Positions 37,173-46,450 of a stretch of DNA of 64,000 bases are shown here, one piece after another. Position 1 is the stretch's first letter; each line of letters begins with the position of its first letter. The stretch comes from Polaribacter sp. GTDB taxonomy: Bacteria; Bacteroidota; Bacteroidia; Flavobacteriales; Flavobacteriaceae. A program made the translations under genes and the position numbers. The notes under the pieces were generated by a model that made no database searches, was not told the DNA's origin, and saw only the letters and a list, made by a program, of their open reading frames with translations. The stretch is taken from positions 2,715 through 66,714 of the forward strand of contig CBFHUV010000001.1 in the NCBI GenBank assembly GCA_965659055.1. Direction: 5' to 3'.

Positions 37173-37541
37173 TTAGCCATTTAAGGCTCTCATTCTTTTT
37201 AACCTAGCCCAAGCTTCTTTATGCATTCTTTTATAAATAGACACCGTCCCTCTATCAAGACCAAAGTAAAAGAAACTAACTCCAATTGGCGGGTTTGTAC
37301 CCGGTAAAAAGTTAAACTTATCAAAAGCAATTAACGGATATTCCCAACATTCTAATGCGGTTCCTAGATTTTCTGTATACACTACAAAAACATACATTGT
37401 GAGATAAAATAATTTCTCTTTTGGATAATTTCTCAAAAAATAAAAAATTAGAATGGTCAGTATGAAACCATACACATAACTTTTAAATATTAAAAAAGTT
37501 AAAGACAGAAATATTATCATTACCGTTAGAACCTGCTCCAA
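37173..37541 (-). CDS. hypothetical polytopic membrane protein (possibly the C-terminal half of a split gene)
   Basis: 122 aa, only a TTG start, and 17 nt after the upstream ORF. See the finding on the T6 run at 37569-37574. Confidence 0.45.
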   Translation of the reverse strand: MEQVLTVMIIFLSLTFLIFKSYVYGFILTILIFYFLRNYPKEKLFYLTMYVFVVYTENLGTALECWEYPLIAFDKFNFLPGTNPPIGVSFFYFGLDRGTVSIYKRMHKEAWARLKRMRALNG

Positions 37542-37558
37542 AATTTTTTTGTGTGCCC

Positions 37559-37912
37559 TTACCTGTTGTTTTTTAGAAAATTATAAACGAACAAGAACAC
37601 TACGGCATGGCCAAGGGGAATATAATGTGTAATATTTCCCAAACGATATGCATACATTCCAAAGACTTTCGAAAACACATATTCGCCTATCACTGCTATT
37701 ATAATGGCCTTAATTAAAAGAGCTTTTGATCTTGGTGGAGATTTTTTATACAAAAAAACAACCAGAAGAAGCACCAAGATATTATTGATCCATTGGGCAT
37801 GTTCAAAATAATTTAGTGCTACATATTTACTGTCAATAATAAGACCTAAAAACATGATAAGCACCATTACTCCGATGGTTTGCAAGGTTTGAAATAAGAG
37901 CGATTTTGACAA
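37559..37912 (-). CDS. hypothetical polytopic membrane protein (possibly the N-terminal half of a split gene)
   Basis: 117 aa with 3-4 hydrophobic segments. Immediately downstream of rlmN. Confidence 0.5.
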   Translation of the reverse strand: MSKSLLFQTLQTIGVMVLIMFLGLIIDSKYVALNYFEHAQWINNILVLLLVVFLYKKSPPRSKALLIKAIIIAVIGEYVFSKVFGMYAYRLGNITHYIPLGHAVVFLFVYNFLKNNR

Positions 37913-37919
37913 AATAATT

Positions 37920-38957
37920 TTATGTTTTGTTGGCTAGTTGACCACAGGCAGCATCGATATCTTTCCCTCGAGAACGCCTAACATTCACCACGATACCATG
38001 CATTTCTAAATTAGAAATATAATTATTAATAGCTTGAGGGCTTGCTTGTTGAAATTCTCCATCACCTATCGGGTTGTACTCTATAAGATTCACCTTACAA
38101 GGCACATAACTGCAAAACTTTATAAGTGCTTCAATATCTTCTTTTCGATCGTTGATCCCACCCCAAACAACATATTCATAGGTAATTCTTCTTTCAGTCT
38201 TTTCATACCAATACTCTAAAGACTCCTTCAAATCTTTTAAAGGGAAATTTGCATTAAAGGGCATAATTGAAGTTCTTACTTCATCAATGGCTGAATGTAA
38301 TGATACAGCAAGGTTAAATTTCACCCCATCATCAGCCATCTTTCTAATTATTTTCGGAACCCCAGAAGTAGAAACAGTAATACGTTTAGGCGACATTCCA
38401 AGACCTTCGGGAGAGGTAATTTTCTCTATTGACTTAATAACGTTATTGTAATTCATAAGTGGTTCTCCCATGCCCATAAAAACAATATTGGATAGCTTGT
38501 GATTGTAGTACAACAAACTTTCTTTATTGATGGCTACAACTTGATCATAAATTTCATCTGCATTTAAATTACGCATCCGTTTTAGTTTGGCAGTCGCACA
38601 AAATCGGCAATCCAAACTACAACCCACCTGACTAGAAACACAAGCTGTGGTCCTTGTGTCTGTTGGGATCAACACAGACTCTACAACCAAGCCATCATGC
38701 AATCGTACTGCATTTTTAACCGTACCATCTTTACTTCGTTGGATGGTATCTACTTCAATATGATTAATGACAAAATTGGCTTCTAACATGGCTCGTGTTT
38801 CTTTCGAAATGTTCGTCATGTCCTCAAAGCTATGCAGGGCTTTTCCCCACAACCACTCATAGACCTGATTTCCACGAAAAGCCTTTTCGCCATTGGCAAT
38901 AAAAAATTGGCGTAATTGATCTTTACTAAGTGATCTTATGTCTTTCTTTTTAATCAA
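37920..38957 (-). CDS. rlmN: 23S rRNA (adenine2503-C2)-methyltransferase, radical SAM
   Basis: 345 aa with CSLDCRFCAT (CxxxCxxC) and GMGEPL. TTG start as given by the track. Confidence 0.9.
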   Translation of the reverse strand: MIKKKDIRSLSKDQLRQFFIANGEKAFRGNQVYEWLWGKALHSFEDMTNISKETRAMLEANFVINHIEVDTIQRSKDGTVKNAVRLHDGLVVESVLIPTDTRTTACVSSQVGCSLDCRFCATAKLKRMRNLNADEIYDQVVAINKESLLYYNHKLSNIVFMGMGEPLMNYNNVIKSIEKITSPEGLGMSPKRITVSTSGVPKIIRKMADDGVKFNLAVSLHSAIDEVRTSIMPFNANFPLKDLKESLEYWYEKTERRITYEYVVWGGINDRKEDIEALIKFCSYVPCKVNLIEYNPIGDGEFQQASPQAINNYISNLEMHGIVVNVRRSRGKDIDAACGQLANKT

Positions 38958-38988
38958 ATTATTGAATTAAGGTGTTAAAAATTCATTA

Positions 38989-38996
38989 CAAAAATA
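38989..38996 (-). promoter_or_regulatory. -7 promoter box (TATTTTTG on gene strand) for rlmN
   Basis: caaaaata on the + strand, 32 nt upstream of the rlmN start. Confidence 0.5.
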
Positions 38997-39061
38997 AATA
39001 AAAAAACTGGCGCTTTGTTTCAAGTTCCAGTTTCTATAAGCTTACTAAAAATAAATGATTC

Positions 39062-40111
39062 TTATATAATTAGCATCGCATCTCCGTATGAAGAGAAACG
39101 GTATTTTTCTTTAATAGCTTCTTTGTAGGCTTTCATAATCAAATCATAACCTCCAAAAGCAGCTACTTGCATTAACAAGGTAGATTTTGGTCTATGAAAA
39201 TTAGAAATCATACTGTTGGCTATACTAAATTCATAAGGTGGAAAAATAAACTTGTTGGTCCAACCATCAAAACTATTGATTCTTCCATTGGCCGAAACAG
39301 AGGATTCAATGGTTCTCATAACCGTTGTCCCTACTGCACAAATTCTTCGTTTATTTGTAATCGCATCATTAATTCTCATTTCTGCAGAAACAGGGATGCT
39401 AATTTTCTCAGAATCCATTTTATGCTTTGATAAATCTTCTACTTCTACAGGAGCAAAAGTCCCAAGACCTACATGCAAAGTTACTTCTGCAAAATCAACA
39501 CCTTTAATTTCCAAACGCTTCATCAAGTGCTTTGAAAAATGCAAACCCGCTGATGGTGCCGCAACAGCTCCTTCTTCTTTTGCATAAATAGTTTGATAAC
39601 GCTCCTCATCACTTGCCTCTACCTCTCTTTCAATTTCTTTTGGCAAAGGTGTCTCTCCCAATTCTAATAATTTAGCTCTAAATTCTTCATAAGACCCATC
39701 AAACAAGAATCGTAGGGTTCTTCCTCTAGAGGTTGTATTGTCTATTACTTCAGCAACTAGGCTATCATCATCACCAAAAAACAATTTGTTCCCGATTCTA
39801 ATTTTACGAGCAGGATCTACCAAAACATCCCACAATCTATTTTCTGCATTGAGCTCTCTCAATAAAAAAACTTCAATACGCGCTCCAGTTTTTTCTTTAT
39901 TCCCATACATACGAGCAGGGAAAACTTTTGTATTGTTTAGTATCATCACATCCCCTTCATCGAAATAAGAAATTACATCTTTAAACAATTTGTGCTCAAT
40001 GGTTTGTTCTTTTCTGTTTACCACCATTAAACGTGATTCATCTCTGTGTTCTGCAGGGTGTTTTGCCAATAATTCATCTGGCAAATTAAAATTAAAATGC
40101 GATAATTTCAT
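39062..40111 (-). CDS. queA: S-adenosylmethionine:tRNA ribosyltransferase-isomerase
   Basis: 349 aa. N-terminus reads [19 protein letters not shown]. Also contains [10 protein letters not shown]. Confidence 0.9.
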   Translation of the reverse strand: MKLSHFNFNLPDELLAKHPAEHRDESRLMVVNRKEQTIEHKLFKDVISYFDEGDVMILNNTKVFPARMYGNKEKTGARIEVFLLRELNAENRLWDVLVDPARKIRIGNKLFFGDDDSLVAEVIDNTTSRGRTLRFLFDGSYEEFRAKLLELGETPLPKEIEREVEASDEERYQTIYAKEEGAVAAPSAGLHFSKHLMKRLEIKGVDFAEVTLHVGLGTFAPVEVEDLSKHKMDSEKISIPVSAEMRINDAITNKRRICAVGTTVMRTIESSVSANGRINSFDGWTNKFIFPPYEFSIANSMISNFHRPKSTLLMQVAAFGGYDLIMKAYKEAIKEKYRFSSYGDAMLII

Positions 40112-40236
40112 AGGATATCTGTATAGATTTTAACGGTTTCATGCTTCTTAATTCCAAATAAAAATACCACCTTTTTAAGGAGCTGTGCTTTTTTATTTCT
40201 TGAGAAACATCTTATTATTTTTCAAAGAATAGGGCG

Positions 40237-40244
40237 CAAAGATA
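40237..40244 (-). promoter_or_regulatory. candidate -7 promoter box (TATCTTTG on gene strand) upstream of queA
   Basis: caaagata on the + strand. It implies a leader of about 120 nt, so this is less certain than the others. Confidence 0.35.
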
Positions 40245-40284
40245 CAACATCAAGATAGGCCTTGTCAAGTGTTTTGCGGTTTAT

Positions 40285-41511
40285 TTAAGCTTGGTCTAAT
40301 TGAAAATCAAACTCTTGAAGATCTTTCCAAAAATTTGGATAGGATTTTGAAACGACATCAGCCTCTAAAATGCTTATCGGAATCTTTAAGGCTAAGGGAG
40401 CAAATGCCATGGCCATACGATGATCTTTATACGTTTCTATTGAAATGTGCTCGTTTATATTTTTAGAATTACTTAAATGAAGACTATAATCGGTTATTGC
40501 AACGGTTGCTCCAAGTTTGGTCAACTCCACTTGCAGCGCAACCAAACGATCTGTTTCTTTTATTTTAAGAGTATGCAAGCCTAATAAATCACAAGACATG
40601 CCCAAACCAAAAGAAGTTACAGCAATTGTTTGGGCGATATCTGGCGCATCTTTTAAATCAAGTGTAAGGAAATTCGCCACTGGGCTCGCAATTTTTGTAA
40701 GAATAACTCCATTTTTACTAAAGAAAGTTTCTACTCCAAAATTTCTATAAATAGATGCCAAACAAGCATCTCCCTGCAAACTATCTTCTCTAAAATAGTT
40801 TAAGGTAATTTCTGAACCCAATTCACTCAGTGCTACCAAAGAATAAAAGTAAGAGGCAGAACTCCAGTCTGATTCAACTACAATTTTCTTTTTAGAGACT
40901 TCTTTTAAAGGCCAAATTCGAATGCTTTGTTTATTAAATTGAACCTGAACCCCAATTTGTTCTAAAAGCGCTAGGGTCATTTTTACGTAAGGTAAAGAAG
41001 TAAGCTCTCCAACCAAATTAATTTGCAAGCCTTTTTCCAAACTTGGCGCAATTAACAGCAAGGCAGAAATGTATTGACTACTAACATTTCCTTCAATTTG
41101 AACTTGATTTTCTGTTAGTGTTGTCCCCTGAATTCGCAAAGGTGGGTAGCCCTCCTCAGCTTCATATGAAATTTTAGCGCCAAGACTTTGGAGCGCATCT
41201 ACTAATATTTTTATGGGTCTTTCTTGCATTCTTTCAGAACCAGTAAGCACATACTCCTTCCCTTCTTGAACTGCATAAAAAGCGGTTAAAAAACGCATAG
41301 CAGTTCCCGCATGTCCAATATTGATTTTGCTCTAATTACTATTTAAAGAGTCTTTTAAATTTTCTGAATCATCATAGTCAGAACAATTTTCTATTTGCAC
41401 ATTTTTAAACAATTGTTGCAAAATTAACAAACGATTTGATTCACTTTTAGAGCCCGAAATTGAGATTGAGGCTTTTAATAATGGCTGATGGCTAGAAATA
41501 GTTAACTTCAA
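40285..41511 (-). pseudogene. aroA: 3-phosphoshikimate 1-carboxyvinyltransferase interrupted by an in-frame TAG (codon 60), or a sequencing error
   Basis: The track ORF (337 aa) starts at AMRFL, inside the conserved GHAGTAMRFL motif. Reading upstream in the same frame gives (TTG)KLTISSHQPLLKASISISGSKSESNRLLILQQ...SLNSN-TAG-SKINIGHAGTAMRFL. Total is 408 codons, a normal AroA length. Confidence 0.85.
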
Positions 41512-41565
41512 TGTATTGTTTGTTTAAATTTTGTAATTTTAGAAGTCAACAATCAAAGCTTTTTT

Positions 41566-44500
41566 ATGAAAAAATATATTTTATTACTTGCAGTGCTTCT
41601 AATGACATTCAATCACAAAGTTAACGCTCAAAAGAACACTAGCAAATTTTCTGAAGAAAATTATAAGGCCATAAATTGGAGAAATATTGGCCCATTTAGA
41701 GGTGGTCGAAGTGCAGCCGTTACAGGTGTTGCAGGCAAATCAAATCTGTTTTATATGGGTGCAACTGGAGGTGGCGTATGGAAAACTACAGATGCAGGAA
41801 ACAGCTGGTCGAACATCTCAGATGGATTTTTTGGAGGTTCTGTAGGCTCGGTAGCAGTGAGTGAATGGGATAACAATGTTATTTATGTGGGAAATGGTGA
41901 AAAAACAGTTCGTGGAAATGTTTCTTCAGGTGATGGAGTTTGGAAATCTGTCGATGCTGGAAAATCTTGGAAGCATATGGGCTTACCCAACTCTAGACAT
42001 ATTCCAAGAATTCGAATCCACCCTAAAAATTCTGATATTGTTTATGCGGGAGTGCTCGGTGATTTATATAAATCAAGTGATGAACGCGGGGTTTATAAAT
42101 CAACCGACGGAGGCGAAACCTGGAAAAGAGTTTTGTTTGCTAATAAAGACGCAGGAGTTATTGATTTGATCATTGACCCGAACAATGCTCGTGTTTTATA
42201 TGCAACCACTTGGAATGTTCGAAGAACACCTTATAGTTTGTCTAGTGGAGGTGATGGCTCTGCAGTTTGGAAAAGTACTGATGGAGGCGAAACTTGGAAT
42301 GACATATCTTCTAACGCAGGACTGCCAAAAGGAACCTGGGGAATTAGCGGAATTACTGTATCTCCTGTAAACTCTGATATTGTTTGGTTATTACTAGAGA
42401 ATAAAGACGGAGGAGTTTACAAATCGGTAAACGCTGGAAAAACATGGACCTTGGTAAATAGCGAGCGTAAATTAAGACAGCGTGCTTGGTATTACACAAG
42501 ATTGTATGCAGATACTCAGGATGAAAATATTTTATATGTATTAAACGTAAATTATCATCGTTCTACCGACGGTGGAAAAACCTATAGCACCTATAATGCT
42601 CCTCATGGTGATCATCATGATCTATGGATCGCTCCAGAAGACAATCAACGCATGATTATTGGGGATGACGGAGGCGCTCAAATAACCTTTGATGCTGGTG
42701 AAAATTGGTCCACTATGAATAACCAACCTACCAGTCAATTTTATAGAGTCGTAACTGATAATCATTTTCCATATAGAATTTATGGCGCTCAGCAAGACAA
42801 TTCTACAGTTCGAATTTCTCATAGAAATTCTGGACGCTATATTACCGATAGTGATTGGGAGTCTACTGCCGGAGGTGAAAGTGCACATATTGCTGTAGAT
42901 CCTAATAATAATGATATCGTCTATGGTGGGAGTTATGGTGGATTATTAACAAGAAAAAATCATAAAACAGGCGAAACAAGAGCCATTAACGTATGGCCAG
43001 ATGACCCAATGGGACATGGTGCTGAAGATTTTAGATACCGCTTTCAATGGAATTTTCCAATCGTGTTTTCGCCCAATCAAGCTAATAAGTTGTATGCAGC
43101 CTCAAATCATTTGCATGTAACCTATAATGAGGGTCAATCATGGGAAATCATTAGCCCAGATCTTACCAGAAATGATCCAAAAACCTTAGGCCCTTCTGGA
43201 GGACCTATTACAAAAGACAATACTGGAGTAGAATATTATGGAACTATTTTCGCGGTAGCTGAATCTCCAATAGAGAAAAATCTCATTTGGACCGGGTCTG
43301 ATGATGGACTTGTTCATATATCAACCGATGGAAAAACTTGGAAAAATGTCACTCCAAAAAATATGCCTGAGTGGATGATGATCAATGCAATTGAAGTGCA
43401 CCCAACTAAAAAAGGAAGTGCTTATATTGCTGGAACTCGTTATAAATTAGGGGACTACAAACCATACATATATAAAACAGAAAACTATGGAAAATCATGG
43501 AAACTAATTGTCGATGGAATCGAAAATGAATCTTTTACAAGGGTGGTTAGAGCAGATCCTACTAGAAAAGATTTATTGTATGCCGGAACCGAGAAAGGCA
43601 TGTATATTTCTTTTGATGACGGAGACCATTGGACTCCTTTTCAGTTAAATTTACCAATCGTTCCTATTACCGATTTAACCATTAAAGATGACAATTTAAT
43701 TGCAGCCACCCAAGGAAGATCGTTTTGGATAATTGATGATTTAACACCACTTTACCAATTGACGACTTCAACTAGTAAAGAAGACATCACCCTCTTTGCT
43801 CCGAAAGCCAGTTACCAAATTAGTGGTGGTAGAGGAGCTACTTCAAGAACTCAAGGAACCAATCATCCAGGTGGAGTCGCTGTCTATTTCAATATCAATG
43901 AAATGAATGAAAAAGACACCATTTCACTTAGCTTTTATGATGCAAATAAAAAAAGCATCCAACGTTTTAGTAATCATCCTGATACTAAAAATGATGAAAA
44001 GAAATTGACGGTGAAAAAAGGAAGTAATGTTTTTTATTGGGATATGATGTATCCATCTGCAACCTCGGTAAAAGGAATGATTTTATGGTGGGCTTCTCTA
44101 AGCGGTCCTATGGCGCTGCCTGGAACCTATACGGTGAGTCTAACAGTAGCTAATAAAACCTTTGAAAAACCATTTAGCATTTTAAAGAACCCTGTTTCAG
44201 AAACCTCTTTGACCGATATGAAATTGCAATTTGATTTTATCAACGAGATCAATGCCAAAGTTTCAGAAATTCATAAGGCCTTGATAAATATTGCAACCAT
44301 TAAGACACAAGTTAAAAGCTTGCAAGCAAGTATCAAAGACAAAGAAAAACACAAGGACTTAATTAAATTTTCAAATGAGTTGACAAAAAAACTCACGACT
44401 ATAGAAACAACGCTGTATCAAACCAAAAGCAAAAGCGGACAAGATCCGTTGAACTTTCCAATTCGTTTAAACAATAAATTGGCACATTTAAATTCATTGA

Positions 44501-44673
44501 CTAGAATGGGAAGCTATCGACCAACCGATCAAGACATCGCATTTAAAAATGAAATTACCAAGGACATTGATGTCGAATTAAAAAAGGTCTATGCCCTTTT
44601 TACAAAAGAGGTTCAATTGCTCAATCAAAAAGTAAAAGAGAGTCAAATAGATTTGATACAATTAGAAAATTAA
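41566..44673 (+). CDS. secreted BNR/Asp-box repeat protein with sortilin/VPS10-like double beta-propeller
   Basis: 1035 aa with a signal peptide. About 11 Asp-box-like motifs, including TTDAGNSW, SVDAGKSW, STDGGETW x2, SVNAGKTW and STDGGKTY. Confidence 0.8.
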   Translation: MKKYILLLAVLLMTFNHKVNAQKNTSKFSEENYKAINWRNIGPFRGGRSAAVTGVAGKSNLFYMGATGGGVWKTTDAGNSWSNISDGFFGGSVGSVAVSEWDNNVIYVGNGEKTVRGNVSSGDGVWKSVDAGKSWKHMGLPNSRHIPRIRIHPKNSDIVYAGVLGDLYKSSDERGVYKSTDGGETWKRVLFANKDAGVIDLIIDPNNARVLYATTWNVRRTPYSLSSGGDGSAVWKSTDGGETWNDISSNAGLPKGTWGISGITVSPVNSDIVWLLLENKDGGVYKSVNAGKTWTLVNSERKLRQRAWYYTRLYADTQDENILYVLNVNYHRSTDGGKTYSTYNAPHGDHHDLWIAPEDNQRMIIGDDGGAQITFDAGENWSTMNNQPTSQFYRVVTDNHFPYRIYGAQQDNSTVRISHRNSGRYITDSDWESTAGGESAHIAVDPNNNDIVYGGSYGGLLTRKNHKTGETRAINVWPDDPMGHGAEDFRYRFQWNFPIVFSPNQANKLYAASNHLHVTYNEGQSWEIISPDLTRNDPKTLGPSGGPITKDNTGVEYYGTIFAVAESPIEKNLIWTGSDDGLVHISTDGKTWKNVTPKNMPEWMMINAIEVHPTKKGSAYIAGTRYKLGDYKPYIYKTENYGKSWKLIVDGIENESFTRVVRADPTRKDLLYAGTEKGMYISFDDGDHWTPFQLNLPIVPITDLTIKDDNLIAATQGRSFWIIDDLTPLYQLTTSTSKEDITLFAPKASYQISGGRGATSRTQGTNHPGGVAVYFNINEMNEKDTISLSFYDANKKSIQRFSNHPDTKNDEKKLTVKKGSNVFYWDMMYPSATSVKGMILWWASLSGPMALPGTYTVSLTVANKTFEKPFSILKNPVSETSLTDMKLQFDFINEINAKVSEIHKALINIATIKTQVKSLQASIKDKEKHKDLIKFSNELTKKLTTIETTLYQTKSKSGQDPLNFPIRLNNKLAHLNSLTRMGSYRPTDQDIAFKNEITKDIDVELKKVYALFTKEVQLLNQKVKESQIDLIQLEN

Positions 44674-44697
44674 AAAAAGGCCTTCGGGCCTTTTTTT
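44672..44697 (+). terminator. rho-independent terminator after the BNR-repeat gene
   Basis: aaaaaaaggcc-ttcg-ggccttttttt, directly after the stop. Confidence 0.8.
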
Positions 44698-44714
44698 AAT
44701 ATAATTTATTTGGT

Positions 44715-44963
44715 TTATCTGGTTTTTCTAATGGTAATCCAAAAGCCGTATAAGACACTAAACAAGGCTTTGATTCCAAAAAAATTCATCCATTTTCCCT
44801 CAGAAAAATTAGCCTCTGATACCGCTGAAAAATTGAAAGAGAATAGGTCATTAAAATTGCTAATTAGCAAACTAAAGATGACCAAAACGATAAAAAACGG
44901 AATGGCAACCTTGCAAAAATTTATAAAAAAGTTAGGGCTTTGTATTTTTTCTAAAAAAGTCAT
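44715..44963 (-). CDS. hypothetical small membrane protein
   Basis: 82 aa with a TM (VAIPFFIVLVIFSLLI). Starts 1 nt after the MazG-like stop. A competing + strand ORF (44710-44973) seems less likely. Confidence 0.45.
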   Translation of the reverse strand: MTFLEKIQSPNFFINFCKVAIPFFIVLVIFSLLISNFNDLFSFNFSAVSEANFSEGKWMNFFGIKALFSVLYGFWITIRKTR

Positions 44964-44964
44964 G

Positions 44965-45291
44965 TTATTTTAATTTTTGATTGTTCTGATGACGATCATG
45001 ATCTCGTTTTGTCTTGATGTCTAATTTTTTATCGAAGGCAGCTTCTAAATCAACTCCTGTTTGGTTAGCCAAACACAAAACGACAAAAAGGACATCGGCA
45101 AGTTCTTCTCCTAAGTCTTTGTTTTTATCACTCTCCTTTTCACTTTGTTCTCCATAACGTCTGGCAATGATGCGTGCAACCTCTCCCACCTCTTCAGTTA
45201 ACTGAGCCATGTTGGTAAGTTCATTAAAATAACGTACCCCATGGTTTTGGATCCATTCATCTACTTGTTTCTGTGTGCTTTTTATTCCCAT
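44965..45291 (-). CDS. MazG-like nucleotide pyrophosphohydrolase
   Basis: 108 aa with EEVGEVARII and EELADVLFVVLCLA motifs. Confidence 0.8.
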   Translation of the reverse strand: MGIKSTQKQVDEWIQNHGVRYFNELTNMAQLTEEVGEVARIIARRYGEQSEKESDKNKDLGEELADVLFVVLCLANQTGVDLEAAFDKKLDIKTKRDHDRHQNNQKLK

Positions 45292-45313
45292 ACCTACTGC
45301 AAATTTTCTTTTT

Positions 45314-45321
45314 CAAAGATA
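45314..45321 (-). promoter_or_regulatory. -7 promoter box (TATCTTTG on gene strand) for the MazG-like gene
   Basis: caaagata on the + strand, 23 nt upstream of the ATG at 45291. Confidence 0.5.
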
Positions 45322-45341
45322 CAATTCTTTCTAATTCTTTT

Positions 45342-45992
45342 TTAAACTTCCGTTTTAAGTAAGGCCAAAAAATCAGCTCTCGAGATTTCTCGTGCACCCA
45401 AACTCGACAAATGCTCATTATAAACTTGGCAATCTATCAATCGGTAAGAAAGCTGAGTCGCTACATAAATAAAGCCCAATTTTGACGCATTGCTTTTTTT
45501 GCTAAACATACTTTCACCACAAAAAATACCATTTCCAAGGTCAACTCCATACAAACCTCCAACAAGTTCCTTAACAGTAGAATCTTTAGAATACCAAACC
45601 TCAATTGATTTGGCCACACCCACTTTATGCAAATGCAAATAGGCTTCTTCCATATCATCGGTAATCCAGGTGCCATCACCCTCTTTACGACTGATGGTTT
45701 TACAAGTGTGAATAACTTGATCAAATGCGGTATTTTCTGAAATACTAAAACAAGGATCCTTCATCAATTTTCGCATTGATTTTGAGATGCGAATTTCCTT
45801 AGGCTCTAAAACCATTCGCTTTGATGGGCAATACCAAACGATAGGGTCTTCCTCACTAAACCAAGGAAAAATTCCGTGTTGGTAGGCATAAATAAGTCTT
45901 TCGGCAGACAAATCACCTCCCAACGCAATAATTCCATCTTTGGTGGCAGTTTCTGGTGCTGGAAATTCTATTTTTTCTGTTAACCAAATCAT
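45342..45992 (-). CDS. aat: leucyl/phenylalanyl-tRNA--protein transferase
   Basis: 216 aa with GIFPWF and GESMFS motifs. Confidence 0.85.
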   Translation of the reverse strand: MIWLTEKIEFPAPETATKDGIIALGGDLSAERLIYAYQHGIFPWFSEEDPIVWYCPSKRMVLEPKEIRISKSMRKLMKDPCFSISENTAFDQVIHTCKTISRKEGDGTWITDDMEEAYLHLHKVGVAKSIEVWYSKDSTVKELVGGLYGVDLGNGIFCGESMFSKKSNASKLGFIYVATQLSYRLIDCQVYNEHLSSLGAREISRADFLALLKTEV

Positions 45993-46026
45993 GTAACTCT
46001 TGTTTTAAACTCTAAAAATATGAAAA

Positions 46027-46053
46027 TAAAAAAAGCAGCTCAAGGCTGCTTTT
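46027..46053 (-). terminator. rho-independent terminator after the DUF3127-like gene
   Basis: Stem agcagc/gctgct (46034-46050). An A-run on the + strand gives a T-run on the transcribed strand. Confidence 0.7.
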
Positions 46054-46072
46054 ATAATTTCTGTTCAAAATT

Positions 46073-46438
46073 CTAGAACGGTAAATCGTCTGGTTCTGAA
46101 TCATTGCTATCATTTGCTGGTTGAAATTGATCTACAGGTGGCAAATTTTGTGGTGCACCCGCTTGAATAGCTTCAATTCTCCATCCTTGAATAGAGTTAA
46201 AATATTTAGCTTGTCCTTCTGGGTTGATCCATTCTCTACCTCTTAAATTAATAGAAACTTTTACATCTTGTCCAACGGCGTAACTGTTCAATAAATCACA
46301 CTTATCTTGCACAAATTCTATCATAATCATTTGTGGATACTGCTCATCAGTAGTTACCACAAGTTCACGTTTTCTAAACCCGCTACTTCCAAAAGTTTGC
46401 GTGTCGTTGATTAATTTAATTTTTCCAATAACTTCCAT
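46073..46438 (-). CDS. DUF3127-like OB-fold-type protein with an SSB-like acidic C-terminal tip
   Basis: 121 aa. C-terminus reads ...NDSNDSEPDDLPF. Confidence 0.6.
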   Translation of the reverse strand: MEVIGKIKLINDTQTFGSSGFRKRELVVTTDEQYPQMIMIEFVQDKCDLLNSYAVGQDVKVSINLRGREWINPEGQAKYFNSIQGWRIEAIQAGAPQNLPPVDQFQPANDSNDSEPDDLPF

Positions 46439-46450
46439 AATACTTGAATT

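Noticed and set aside
44710-44973. Plus-strand 87-aa ORF opposite the small minus-strand membrane ORF.
   Set aside because: It starts right after a strong terminator with no promoter box. The minus-strand ORF is coupled to the MazG-like gene and has a clear TM helix.
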